Source: Tubulanus polymorphus (taxonomy: Eukaryota > Animalia > Nemertea). From it: DNA of 64,000 nucleotides. The notes under the pieces are model-generated. The model had not been told where the DNA came from, made no database searches, and saw nothing but the letters and a program-made list of their open reading frames with translations. The DNA lies in contig NC_134026.1 of NCBI RefSeq assembly GCF_964204645.1, positions 18,882,150 to 18,946,149 of the forward strand, in the 5' to 3' direction. The translations under genes were made by a program, and so were the position numbers. Below are positions 51,801 through 62,970 of the stretch, piece after piece (positions within the stretch are counted from its first letter, which is position 1; each line of letters opens with the position of its first letter).

Positions 51801-54800
51801 TTGTGCCATCTTGAGCGCGTGTCTGGCCGGAAATGCTGAACAGTTTGGAATCTACATGCCCGAATTGTTAGGCGACATAATGCCGTTGTTTAAATCACCT
51901 CTCGCTGCTCCTCGCGTACGTGATTTGTACTTAGATATGAAACGTGCTGTATTTGGTGAAGAATACAAAGTGCTTGGTAAGTCAATCATCATATACATGC
52001 ATCACTCATTTTCATTTCATCTTTAAAAGTAGCGTTGGATTGCGATGTGGCAGAAGAGATTGTTATGTACTTTTGCGAATCATTCTTTTTCGATCAACAT
52101 TCCTCGAAAGCGAAGTCTATCTATCTAATCATCAGGGGCATTCCGCAATGTTGTGAATCGAACTAAGATTTTTTGCTAGTCATGTAATGATCAGTTCGAG
52201 TAATGTGATCAGTTTTCAAACCGAGTTCGTAGTTGTTTGAAATAAGTTGTACTACATTCGTATCATTGGTCCAATTTTTTCAACATGATTTGTTTGAAGC
52301 CATACTTTTGTCTTCTCGGACATGAAGATATGGGGCCAAAAGGCTGGTGCAATACAATAAATATGCCGGGTATGCATGTGAAGATGTAGTGTGTATGAAA
52401 TGCTATAGAGTGGTGTGAATATACAGCATTTTACTTCAACAAATCCACAGCCATTCAGGAGCTAATATTGATAATACATTTTGTATACGTACATCAATAT
52501 TTGTAAATAAAGATAACAGATATCGAACAGGCAATTAGGAATCCATTCAGATAGTCAGCCATTTGGTAACTGGGCGATCCATGCTTGCTTCATGAAATAC
52601 AATTTATTTGGTATTCACTGTACAACATATCGATCCCAAAATATTCCTAACGATAACCGGTGATGCATAATTTGAATTGTCCTCTTTTAAAAAGGTTGTC
52701 TCCTCTCAAATGTCACCCTCCGTTTGATGAAGCCGCAATGTCAACTGGATCAATGGTGGACGCAAGAACCGCTGAAATTGCAAACGGTCAAAACTATGAA
52801 ATTGCTACATGAGAAAACAAGCAAATCGCCATTCAGCGCTGCGGCGTTTGCCTACTGTTTCTATCTAATCAGAGCTGTGCTGAAAGATAATGGAGCAGTC
52901 GTCGGAGGAAGCATTGAAGTGCAAAAACTGGCGATCGAGGTTGTCCGTGTTCATGCACAAATTCGCTGTTCTGATCCAGAAGATGTACTGGTAAGTTGAA
53001 ATTAAGCTCATTATTTAAGAAATCTGCAGATCTGTGACTAGAGATGTTAACGTAAGGTTGCTAATATTAGACAGTGCCTTACTACGGGCTCGTGTATGTT
53101 ATTGTTGCAGCCGAAACACTCCAATCCCTCCTAGAAGACCGGCGGCTGCTGTTCAGGGTCGTTCTGCTTTTGCCCGGAACTTGTTGCCAAGACGTCCCCT
53201 CCTACTTCCACACTCTGTAACAGTAAAACGGTCAATGTCGGTCGACGTCGGTCCTCGCGTTGAGAACGGACAACAGTGCTTAATTCAGTGAACTCCCTAC
53301 ACAAACGTTTCGGTCCTTGTCGGCCCTCGCGTGAGGACATTTGACTCGTCTTTCCCACGCGGAGAATGTCGAGAGACGACGGTTCCCGCGTTGAGAACCA
53401 AACGGCGGTGTTCTCACCAGCGAACATGAACGGTAGACACGTCTCTCTCGCTCAAATGATGTCGAGCGACGTTGGTCCTCTCGTTGAGGATCGAACAGCA
53501 GTGCCCCCTTAGCGAGCTTCTCGCACGATTGATGTCAAGCGATGTCGGTCCTCTCGTTGAGGATCGAACAGCAACGCCCCCTTAGTGAGCTTCTCGCACG
53601 AGCGGTGTCGTTCCTCTCGTTGAGGGTCGAACAGCAGCGCCCCCTTAGCGAGCTTCTCGCACGATTGATGTCGAGCGATGTCGTTCCTCTCGTTGATGGT
53701 CGAACAGCAGCGCCCCCTTAGTGAGCTTCTCGCACGATCGATGTCGAGCGATGTCGGTCCTCTTGTTGAGGGTCAAACAGCAGCGCCCCCTTAGCGAGCT
53801 TCTCGCACGATCGATGTCCAGCGATGTCGGTCCTCTCGTTGAGGATCGAACAGTAGCGACTACTTCAGCGGACGGGTACGGTGGACACGCCAGCACACTC
53901 CGCCTAGGAAGACTCCAACTCCTGCTCCTGACAACTAGAGATTAAAATAAAAAGCATAGACTGATAGAATATGCAGTAGTTTTATTATGACCGTCTCCCC
54001 GAACAGCCAGTTTTCGACTGGCTAAACAACTCCTGAAAACCATTAAATAATTGCATTTCATACATATTTCATTACCATCCCCCCTTAACAAGTACAAATA
54101 AATATAATCAACACAAATAACATTTATCAGATAATACTACAAACCATGCTTCTCTTACCGAACATTTGTATACATACCTGCTCCCATGAGAGCAAACCAG
54201 TACTAATTACAATTGGCCGAACGGAAGTAGCCTCAAGAAAACCCCGGGAAAAATAATCGCATCCGAAACGCTAAATAAATCGCCCCAGCCCCTAACAACA
54301 TACCCCGGCCAAGCCGCGACGCACCATAGCCAATAACGGAATATCTTAAGAAAAAACAGGGACTCACCTAGTGATTAAAATAAAAAGCATAGACTGATAG
54401 AATATGCAGTAGTTTTATTATGACCGTCTCCCCGAACAGCCAGTTTTCGACTGCCTAAACAACTCCGGAAGACGACTCCCCTCCGCCTGCGGACTACCAC
54501 CCGGACCCAAGATGGCAGCACCATCTAATACCCGACTGTACAAGTAACACTACCATATTATACGGAATTTTACCAATCTGACATGTAGATCATAACTTAA
54601 TACCCGAAAAAAGTCCTTTTAAAAGATCCCCCTTCAACATTCCTCAATGCATTGTAACGCTTATTGAGGTTACTGTAAAAATAGAAAATTCTGTACTCCA
54701 ATTCAAGTTCGTGCATATGTTATGCAAATAATTGTATAAACAATAGCTAGCCAAGTTTTCCGAACAAGAAACACTGTTCAGAACTGTTTTTTCAGTGGTA

Positions 54801-57800
54801 TAAATTGCCACACATTGCTGAACATCTCTCGGAAAACATTCCAAACGATATTTTGAGGGGTAACGTGTGCTGGGCTTAAAAGGAAGCGGTTTCCCATTTT
54901 CTCTGATACATATACACTAGGTTGTTTATATATTTATTTTAGCACGGTGCTGAGCTACTTCCTCGTCGTGATATGCTTGAAATGTTGGTGTCTATATTGA
55001 ACTCATCGTCCAGTAAAGTACAACAGGTGGCTCAGGCGGCGTTATTTGCCGTCGCTGAATGTGGCAGTGGTATGGATGGCTGCGCGGCTGCTGAACAAAA
55101 TGAAATCGACATATTGTTGAGAGCCTTGAAATCACCGAGGACCGCCACTCGAGAATCAGCATTACTTGTGAGTAAACAAACTCCGGAAAGACCCAAACTG
55201 GAAATTTACGATGATCCATTAAGTTTTATTTATTTTCTGAAGGCTCTGAACATAATGATTGTATTGTTGCCAACACCTACCGATGATCCGAAGAATGGCT
55301 TCATAGTTGCACAAAGGATTCTCGTCGCCAAATGTGACCCGGAAGAAAATGTACAAAAACCAGCTGATAAGTATGTGGTATTTTCTGATTTAGATAGTAC
55401 CAGTAGATGTTAGATGGAATAAGCTTTACCTGTTGAGTTCAATATTTATTCCTCAAGAATCACATGCATAAAATGGTACAAAATTTCGTATTTGAAATAG
55501 AATGTGTACCTGACGTCACTAACAGCTATTGCCTTTGAACACTTCTATCTAGCCCATTTCATCTATCCGTCCATCAATATGTGGACAGAATCCCATTTTG
55601 TTGTAAAGTTTTTCGACATTCTTCGGTCTTGATGTTAGGTTTTTAGCCCACTTGGGACTTTTAGTCCCAGCGGGCTATTGCGTTCACTTTTCGTCCGTCA
55701 TCTGTCCGTTCGTCCGTAGACGGAATCCAGTTATTTTGGGAAGTTTTGAAGACGCTACAAGGTAACGTCTTGATATTTGGGTTACACATGTATCTACACA
55801 AAATCAGCACTTTTTACACATTTTTTAACTTTTTGAGGGAAATTTTGAAGACGCTTTGATCAATTACCTTGATCTTTCGGATATATGTGACCCCCCCCCC
55901 CCCCCCAGGGCCCATCAACATAACAAAAATTGGGTCGGTCGAACTCAAGATGGCCGTCCTATGACCTTTTTAGTGCCCAAAAATGTTAATTTTGGCCCGT
56001 AGCTTCCTACTGGTTTGCCATTTCTCATTGCATTTTGTGATGGGTATTCTTTGGAAAGGGATGTTTTATACCTGAGACAGGTATTTTTCATCAGCCAATT
56101 ACGACGCAATTGGTGGCCATCTTTGTGTCACCAGTACTCATTCGTAAGTGGGAAGAAGTTTTTCCACATTATATTGATACCTAAGCGTATTTTGCTACCA
56201 CAATCAATTGGAAAGTTGTAGCTCATAACGTGTTCTATGATTGTGGTGAGTTTCAAGGTAATTGGATTTCGTATATGGCCACCAGGGGGCGTTGAATAAT
56301 ACAATATCTTAGCATTTCTTTATCATATTCGTACCTATGCATATTTTGTAACCACAATCAATTGGAAAGTTGTAGCTCATGACATCATCTATGATTGTTG
56401 CGAGTTTTAAGGACATTAGTTTTTCTAAATGGTCACCAGGGGGCGTTGAATAGTAGAATAACTTAGTATTTCCTAATTATATCGGTACCTAGGCATATTT
56501 TGTTACCATGATCAATTGCAAAGTTGTAGTTCATGACATGTTCTATGATTGTGGTGAGTTTCGAGGTCATTGGGTTTTGAATATGGTCACCAGGGGGCGT
56601 TGAATAGTAGAATGACTTAGTATTTCCATATTAAATTGGTAACGAGGCATATTTTGTTATCACAATCAATTACAAAATCGTAGCTGCTGACATGTTCTAT
56701 GATTGTGGTGAGTTTCAAGGTCATTGGTTTTTGTAAATGGTCACCAGGGGGCGTTGAATATTGAAATTGTTAGATTGTTGAGCATTTGAAACCACTTCCC
56801 AAGTGGGCATGGTGTCCCTGGACCCCTAGTTATCAGTTTACTAAAAACGTTCTAGGCTAACTAATGTGTAAAGAAACACCACAATTCTTGTGCAAAATAA
56901 CTTGTGCATAAACTAGTGTTACATCAATGGAATTTGATTCAGAATTTATTTTCTGCTTTTCACAAATTCATTAAAATCAATATCTGAAGAAATCGCATAG
57001 CCTAAATGATTAGGACTGAAGAAAAAAATGTGTACGTTGATATTGGTTCTTTCCAACTGTCTGTTACTATTTGATAAGAAACTATTGTGGTGTATCCTTC
57101 AATTTTTGCACTACAGTATGTTCCCTGGGCATCACGATTTACGTGTCTGAAACTTCTGATTTTCTTGACAAAGTCTTAAAAGTCCATGCAGCTCTTGTTC
57201 GGTGGATATTTTTCAATTGCTGATACTCAATCTTTGTGTTATATTTTCATATTATCAATTCGCATAACTCGCTTTGTTTTGAAGTGCTTGTAACTTAAAT
57301 CTCAAACCGCCAGGTTATGGGAAGACATGGGCCTGGACCTCCTACCAGAGATGTGTTGTGGTCTAGTAGACGATCTTGTATACCATGAAGAAGTGATTCG
57401 AAAAGCTGCATCGGAGGCACTGGCATTGTGTTTAGAGGAATTCAGTGATCAAACATCGAACGTGCTAGAAATCATCATGGAAAAGTACGAAAAGAAACTC
57501 TACGTAAGTTATATTATATTTTCTTTTCTTTGTCGTCTACAAAAAATTCTACCTTGTGGTCTGGAGATCTGTCCAGAATATTACTAGTTCACAAAATGGT
57601 GTGTGTTGCTTATTCTTATACATCGCTGCCATTGCCTAGTATCTAATATTCGTTCTTTAAGTTTAAAAGTTATACAATATTGACGGCAATCTTCATCTCT
57701 GGCAGTTAACGCCTTATTTTGACGATCATTGTCTCATCTGGCAATGTGCGATCAAATTTTTTTTTGTGATTTCGTAGAGACCACCACCAGTTTTAGACAA

Positions 57801-60056
57801 CTTTGGCAGAAAGGTTTCCGAACAGGGTCCGGATGAATGGGCAGCGCGCAGTGGCCTAGCATTGGCGCTCGGCAAGATGTCGCCTTCAGTTCCCGAGGAT
57901 CAAATAGAGAGGGTGTTCCACTTTTTTGTGTCCAAAGGTCTGCTTGATCGAAATGATCGTGTCAGGAAACATATGTTAGATGCAGCTGTAGCTGCTCTCG
58001 ATAAACATGGAAAGGTAAATCTTTCAACCTGATTCTTCATTGTCCGAATGCGGCCAATTGCAAAAATTGCAAAAATCTTCTAACAAGATGGATCGCTTAT
58101 TTCCCAATATTAATGACACAGTAGATTTGTTGTTTTAAGCATCTCAATTAATCTTGGTCTTCTTTAACCAGCAAAACGTCGGCATATTGCTGCCCGTGTT
58201 CGAAATATTTCTACAAGAAGCCCCAGATTCGGCTAGTTACGATTCGGTACGTCAGAGTGTAGTCGTTCTAATGGGATCGTTGGCACGGCATCTCGACAAA
58301 GATGACCCGAAAGTGAAGCCAATTGTGGGAAAATTGATCGATACTTTGTCCACACCTTCACAGCAGGTATGTTCCGTAAATACTTATTTTGCCTCAACAT
58401 TATCGAGACAAAACATATTTCAAATTTGATGGATAAAATTTCAGTTGGTTTGTATGTGTGACTATAACAGTTCATAAATGACAGGGTTGAAAATGTGTAT
58501 GCGATGTGAGGAAAATAACAACAGGTTTTAACTCATTGTCTTGATATTCAATGATGTCCCTATTTTTGGACTGCTCCAAGTTTTTGTCGAATTCATCTAA
58601 CTTCTAGTGAAAAGTCTGTGGAAACCACAGGTATTTTTTAGCCCAAGAACTACTACCAAGAATTTTTTTGATCTTTTGGTTCGGTGGGCGTCACGCAATC
58701 GTTTTCGATTATCAAAATAGCCATTGCACCAGTTCATGCATATACAGTGGAACCTCGTTATAATGAACTCGGATACAAAATTCATCGGATATAGCAAATA
58801 TAGACTTTCGTCCCTAGTAAGACAATTTGATTGATATCATACTGGATATAATAAACATATATTGTGGTCCCGTTAAGTTTGCTGTAACGACGTTCCACTG
58901 TACATATGTATCTATCAAAATACATAGGTACAGTAACCACTGAGTTAGGAATCATTTCTCTGTAATGCAGCAAAAGATTCAGTGACAATTCAAATATTTA
59001 AATATTATGCATCTGTTATGCATCAATATTTAATGGTGGTGATCGTTGATTTTGCCATAATTTAAATAAAACTACGAATGTTTTCACATTTGCTGTATAT
59101 ACATTTGCTCAATAAGCCAAGCTTTTAATTCAGACTACAAGTGTATTTTGATTTTTGAAGGTCCAAGAAGCAGTTGCGAATTGTCTGCCACCCCTGGTGC
59201 CGGCGATTAAATCGGATGCCCCTGAATTGGTTCGTCAGTTGATGAACATTCTACTCGAAACTGAGAAGTACGGAGAAAGAAGAGGTGCCGCCTATGGTCT
59301 CGCCGGTCTCGTTAAAGGACTCGGAATTTTATCGTTGAAACAGCTCAACATCATGTCCACATTACAAGAAGCGATACAAAACAAGAAGAATCCAGTGTTG
59401 AGAGAAGGTAAAGTTATTTTTTGCATTATTCCTTCATTATTAGGGTTTTGCCGTTCTGCAGCAACTATTGATATAATAACGATGATAATAATATGGGTCT
59501 TATTTAGCGCTAAAACCAGCAAAGCTGCTCAGAGCGCTTAACATTTTTGGTATTATTACCCTGGCCATTTAATATTCCATGTATCAGTCATCTCTCACTG
59601 GGGAGAACTAACACCGCGCAGCTAACAAACGCTCTGGAGTCTTCTAACAGGCCAGGTTTCGATTTACTCTTGGGTGGAGAGAGGCAATGGGGATAAGTGT
59701 CATGCCCAAGGACACTGCGGTAATTAATGTACGGGGTTCGAACACCCGACCTGGCGTCTAGATTCATCTTTTCTCTAAACCTACAATTATTAAGAAAAGT
59801 AGAGTATGTGCTAACTTAAGTCAATTTGCATGAACTCTTTATCGCTGCTTTGCAGCTATATTTCATATTTCTGCATTGTCTTTCAATTCATAAGATAAAA
59901 TCAGTACAATACATATCCTTTCTTTGCATTTTAGGTGCCCTATTTGCGTTTGAGATGTTGTGCATAATGTTAGGGAAATTATTTGAACCATACGTTGTAC
60001 ATATCTTGCCTCATCTGCTGCTGTGTTTCGGAGATAGTAATCGTCACGTAAGATCG
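36838..60056 (+). CDS. GCN1: eIF-2-alpha kinase activator / stalled-ribosome sensor GCN1 (5' part, ~1463 codons; gene continues beyond the window)
   Basis: Exons 36838-36852, 37005-37113, 39574-39769, 39851-39959, 40412-40510, 40636-40770, 40853-40921, 41446-41554, 42296-42370, 44060-44188, 44301-44450, 45376-45473, 45734-45809, 47016-47168, 47933-48019, 48120-48195, 48719-48878, 49281-49473, 49619-49743, 49933-50111, 50839-50929, 51466-51582, 51778-51976, 52695-52990, 54943-55167, 55243-55370, 57314-57503, 57778-58014, 58172-58366, 59161-59407, 59935-60056; all GT-AG with consistent phase. Diagnostic GCN1 peptides: [81 protein letters not shown]. Confidence 0.96.
37432..37876. mobile_element. 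Long-TIR MITE with 8-bp TSD (Merlin- or MuDR-like)
   Basis: ~155-bp TIRs beginning (C/G)GGTCATCCTTATTAC; TSD TTCACAGA at 37424-37431 and 37877-37884. Confidence 0.85.
38061..38718 (+). mobile_element. hAT-like element, 3'-truncated copy
   Basis: Starts CAGGGATGAGAATTCCCCGC; body is colinear with 46125-46722. Confidence 0.8.
41796..42055 (+). mobile_element. tRNA-derived SINE
   Basis: Pol III A box TAGCTCAGTTGG (41801-41812) and B box GTTCGAAAC (41846-41854), no intact cloverleaf, GATCAATCTA repeats at the tail. Confidence 0.65.
42505..43513. mobile_element. piggyBac-like MITE interrupted by a HINE insertion
   Basis: TTAA|CCCTTTCAGT ... ACTGAAAGGG|TTAA; homologous to 28453-28723 except for the 42569-43372 insert. 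Confidence 0.85.
42569..43372 (+). mobile_element. Helentron-associated non-autonomous element (HINE), one internal repeat unit
   Basis: T-run start, 5' hairpin TAGCCCACTTGGGACT..AGTCCAGTGGGCTA, GTCC microsatellite, 3' subTIR CCCAAGTGG, terminal stem-loop GGTGTCCCTGGACCC then CTAGTT; no TSD. Confidence 0.8.
44514..44870 (-). mobile_element. 3' end fragment of an L2/CR1-clade LINE
   Basis: Minus strand reads [31 protein letters not shown], resembling the G.RAF...P..WN.LP..IR...FK..LK C-terminus of L2/CR1 ORF2, followed by an (ATT)n tail. Confidence 0.6.
46125..46722 (+). mobile_element. hAT-like non-autonomous element with 6-bp TSD
   Basis: TIR CAGGGATGAGAA / TTCTCATCTCTG; flanked by CTATTG at 46119-46124 and 46723-46728. 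Confidence 0.82.
48270..48322 (+). ncRNA. Candidate intronic pre-miRNA-like hairpin
   Basis: 23-bp stem (19 Watson-Crick, 3 G-U, 1 mismatch) with a 7-nt loop in GCN1 intron 16; no known family recognised. Confidence 0.3.
53458..53858. repeat. 73-bp GC-rich minisatellite, ~5.5 units
   Basis: Unit GATGTCGAGCGATGTCGGTCCTCTCGTTGAGGATCGAACAGCAGCGCCCCCTTAGCGAGCTTCTCGCACGATT starting at 53458, 53531, (third unit with a 10-bp deletion), 53667, 53740, 53813. Confidence 0.92.
53940..54466. repeat. 94-bp direct repeat pair inside a GC-richer insertion
   Basis: 53940-54033 and 54373-54466 are identical except for one base. Confidence 0.92.
55640..56831 (+). mobile_element. Helentron-associated non-autonomous element (HINE), four 154-bp internal units
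   Basis: Same termini as 42569-43372 (subTIR GCCCACTTGGG 55646-55656 / CCCAAGTGGGC 56798-56808; 3' stem-loop; GTCC microsatellite); tandem units with exact 154-bp spacing. Confidence 0.85.
58745..58900. mobile_element. Tc1/pogo (Tigger-like) MITE
   Basis: TA|CAGTGGAACCTCGTTA ... TAACGACGTTCCACTG|TA. Confidence 0.82.
59468..59770 (-). mobile_element. tRNA-derived SINE with L2-like tail
   Basis: Minus strand: B box GTTCGAAC, then GTGTCCTTGGGCATGACACTT...GCCTCTCTCCACCCA (typical invertebrate SINE core), and a 3' stem-loop AAGCGCTCTGAG...AGCGCTA with an ATT-rich tail. Confidence 0.7.
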
Positions 60057-60745
60057 GTAGGTTTCTCATATGTATACATCGTGTTCTCTTGGGCTAGGGG
60101 CCCCTTATAACTATGTAAGCTTTAAGGTAATTTATTAATAGATAGGTTCATTTAAACGAACTCGGCTTGCTTAATTCATTTTGTTCGTACCAATAGTTAT
60201 CTTGATGAAAGCCGTAAGTTTGAATACCATGTACACCATACTAATTTGCATTAAGAAACATCATACAGGTAACTGTAATTGTGCAGTGTATAAAAAACTA
60301 ATAGCTTGTTCGTGGTGATTCTGTCTCTGGATTGGTTTCATATCGCGCGCTAATCGTTGCATGTTGCTAGTCATTCACCGCATAGAAATAATACATATAC
60401 ATGCATATATTTCCGTCGAGTACTGTACCCTTTCCTATGGTTTTTGCCAATATTTTCTAAATTTGGATTTATCGCCAATGGTTTTTCTATATGACCCGGC
60501 CCTGCGGTATTGCATTTAGCCACCGGCGAAATCCGCCATCTTTTTTCTTGGCGTTCTCGCAGTAGAACGCGTTGGATTTTTTCGCCGTAAAAATCTGGGA
60601 ATTAGGATATTAGGGAGTTTTCACTCTCATAACGGTGAGTCCGTTCGGTTTGGGGGTTATCCCTGGTTTCTTTTTTTCCGTAAGAATTTTATTTACAAAT
60701 ATAATTTGATTGAATTGAATTGTTTTGATTTGTAACAGGATAATT

Positions 60746-62970
60746 ATGCCACCCCCTCCTTAGGGTCAGCATCGTGGCGGGGAGGGATGCGGGCATTTGT
60801 TTGGCGCCTGGGACAACCACGATTCATGTGCGTCGTGCAGGCGCAAATCCGGTCAAATATGTGCAAGGAGCAATCTTTGCAAGATTTGCGTCGTGTGGTC
60901 CGAGGACCTTTGGCTTCGGGCCGATAAGGCTCTTAAACTAAGAGATCGTCGTCGAGTTAGCAGGGATTCGTCGGTTTCGGCCGATGTGCCAACCAACGTT
61001 TCTAATCCTGTTTCTTATCGTAAAGCGGAGCGGTCGCCGGTCGTTCAGGTACGATCGGCTTCCCAACTCCGTTCACCGGGGAGGAACGCTGGTTCAACGG
61101 CACCGGTCTCCGGTCATTCACCGGTCTCTGGTCGTTCACCGGTTCGGCCAGTTCGGCCGGTTCAGACTACATGTTCGGAACCGAGCGCGCGCCGCGGTAG
61201 TCGCGAACGGCCTGCACCGGTTCGGTCGGTACCGGTCCGGTCCGGGTCGGGCATCGGTCCGGTTCGGCCACCGGTCCGGTCCAGACGTCCGGTTCAAAAC
61301 ATCCGGTACGTTCGTCGTCTGATTCTGATCGTCGCTCCGGGGATAGAGCTCGCTCTCCCACTAGATTTAGACGCCGTGAGCGTAATAAACGAGCAAGATC
61401 TCCTTCTCGCAGATCAAGGTTTGATCGCGAGAGGGACTACGATCGTTATTGTCGGAAGTTTCGCCGTCGGTCTTCTCATCGTTCGTCGACGTCGGTTAGC
61501 GATGTAAGCGATTCTTCTAGTAGGTCGCGATCCCGTTCGAGGGACCGTCACCGAAGTCGGCATGATCGTCGGGATACTGGAAAATACCTGACTCAGAAGG
61601 ATTTCCATGTATTTGAGGAGAAAATTTTAAACTTGTTATCTTCGTCGCAACAAGTCGCTGCAACTTCTACAACAGGTAAGCCTATTCCTGATTGTCCGGT
61701 TAGAAGTTGGCCAGCCCACTCAGTTTTTCGGAATTCTGACTCTGAATTCCTGGATGCTGCGGTAGGGTCTGATTTCAATGAGGATCCGGTCCCAGAAGCG
61801 GCAATTCCTTCTGGGGTCGTTCCTGTCGCGAGCAATTGTGGGTTGCCCCAGACGATGGGGGCTTCCCTGGCTCGCAATGTATCTCCGTCCCGTTCAGTTT
61901 TATCCGAACCAGCGGGGGACATGCCATTTAGAGCGATGATAAGTGAGTTCTTTGTCAAGCACGGGGCAACTCGCGCTAAGCCCACAGCAGCTCCTCTGGT
62001 CGGTGAGTCAATGGAAGCTTATCGCCCTCCGGACTCCGATCTTAACGTTTTACGGGAATCGTCAGCGGTTTCGAGAGAATGGGCTTGATTGGATACGCAA
62101 TTATGGGGTGAACGTCGGCCTGGAACATTTTCATTTCCCCCTCCAGAACGGGGTATGAAATCTGGGAAATATTTTAGTTCAACCGATCCACCTATAGGCG
62201 CATTTCGCTCGGCGTATTACGCAACTCCAGGTGCTGTGGATCACAGTCATAACTGCCTGGATGCTGATTATACTTTGATCAGCCCGGATACTGTTACAGC
62301 ACAGTCGGGTATTCGTTTGCCTAAGTCCGGTTTGGTGGCCATGACGTCAATCCTGGACAATCTTACCAGGGTTGGTTCGTTTCAAGATATGGCACTTAAG
62401 GTGTTGACGGGTGAGCTTCGCGAGACTCACGCCGCCGTTCATGCGGGCTCCGACCCAGAGTCAGTTGCCCTAAAACTGGAGGGAATGGACCGGATTATCC
62501 AATCTTTGGCTCGGTCTGTTTCGCATGTAATTCCGTTGTCGGTTCGGGGTCAGGCTAATCTGGTGTTAGCCTCCTGTCAGTCAGTGATGGACTCCAGTGC
62601 CAAAACTCGTCTACCGGATATGGTGTCCAATGCTTTGCTGAGAGCCCCATTGGGGACGTCTTCACGTCTCTTCTCCGGTTGGTGCGCTCCGGTTTCCGCA
62701 GAGCTGAGGATTCAGGCCAAGTCCAACCCCCGAACTCCGTGGAAAAAGTGTTCTGGTCCGACGCCGGCGGCGCAAGGTTCGGCACGGACGCAAACAGGAC
62801 CATCTCAACATTCAGCGCTTTCTCAGGCGGCTTCGGATGCCGGTTGGAGAACTAGCGCGCAACTTCAACAATCGTGTCAAGCCTCGTCCGGTCGTAACAG
62901 TTCCGGTTCGTATCGAGGCAAGGGGAAGGCTCCAAAAAGGGGCTCTTCCTTTCGGAAAAACTCGAAATGA
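60746..62970 (+). pseudogene. DIRS ORF1 (gag-like), disrupted
   Basis: ATG 60746, premature TAG 60761-60763; zinc-finger-like CGHLFGAWDNHDSCASCRRKSGQICARSNLCKICVVW; frameshift within the CCGGT-rich repeats (~61100-61300) into an RS-rich frame; in-frame TGA 62086-62088; ends TGA 62968-62970. Confidence 0.75.

Noticed and set aside
53458-53858. Regularly spaced repeats resembling a CRISPR array
   Set aside because: Units are contiguous tandem copies with no unique spacers, in eukaryotic intron context, with no cas genes.
62086-62088. In-frame TGA inside DIRS gag as programmed readthrough or selenocysteine
   Set aside because: The same ORF also has an early TAG and a frameshift, so mutational decay is the simpler explanation.
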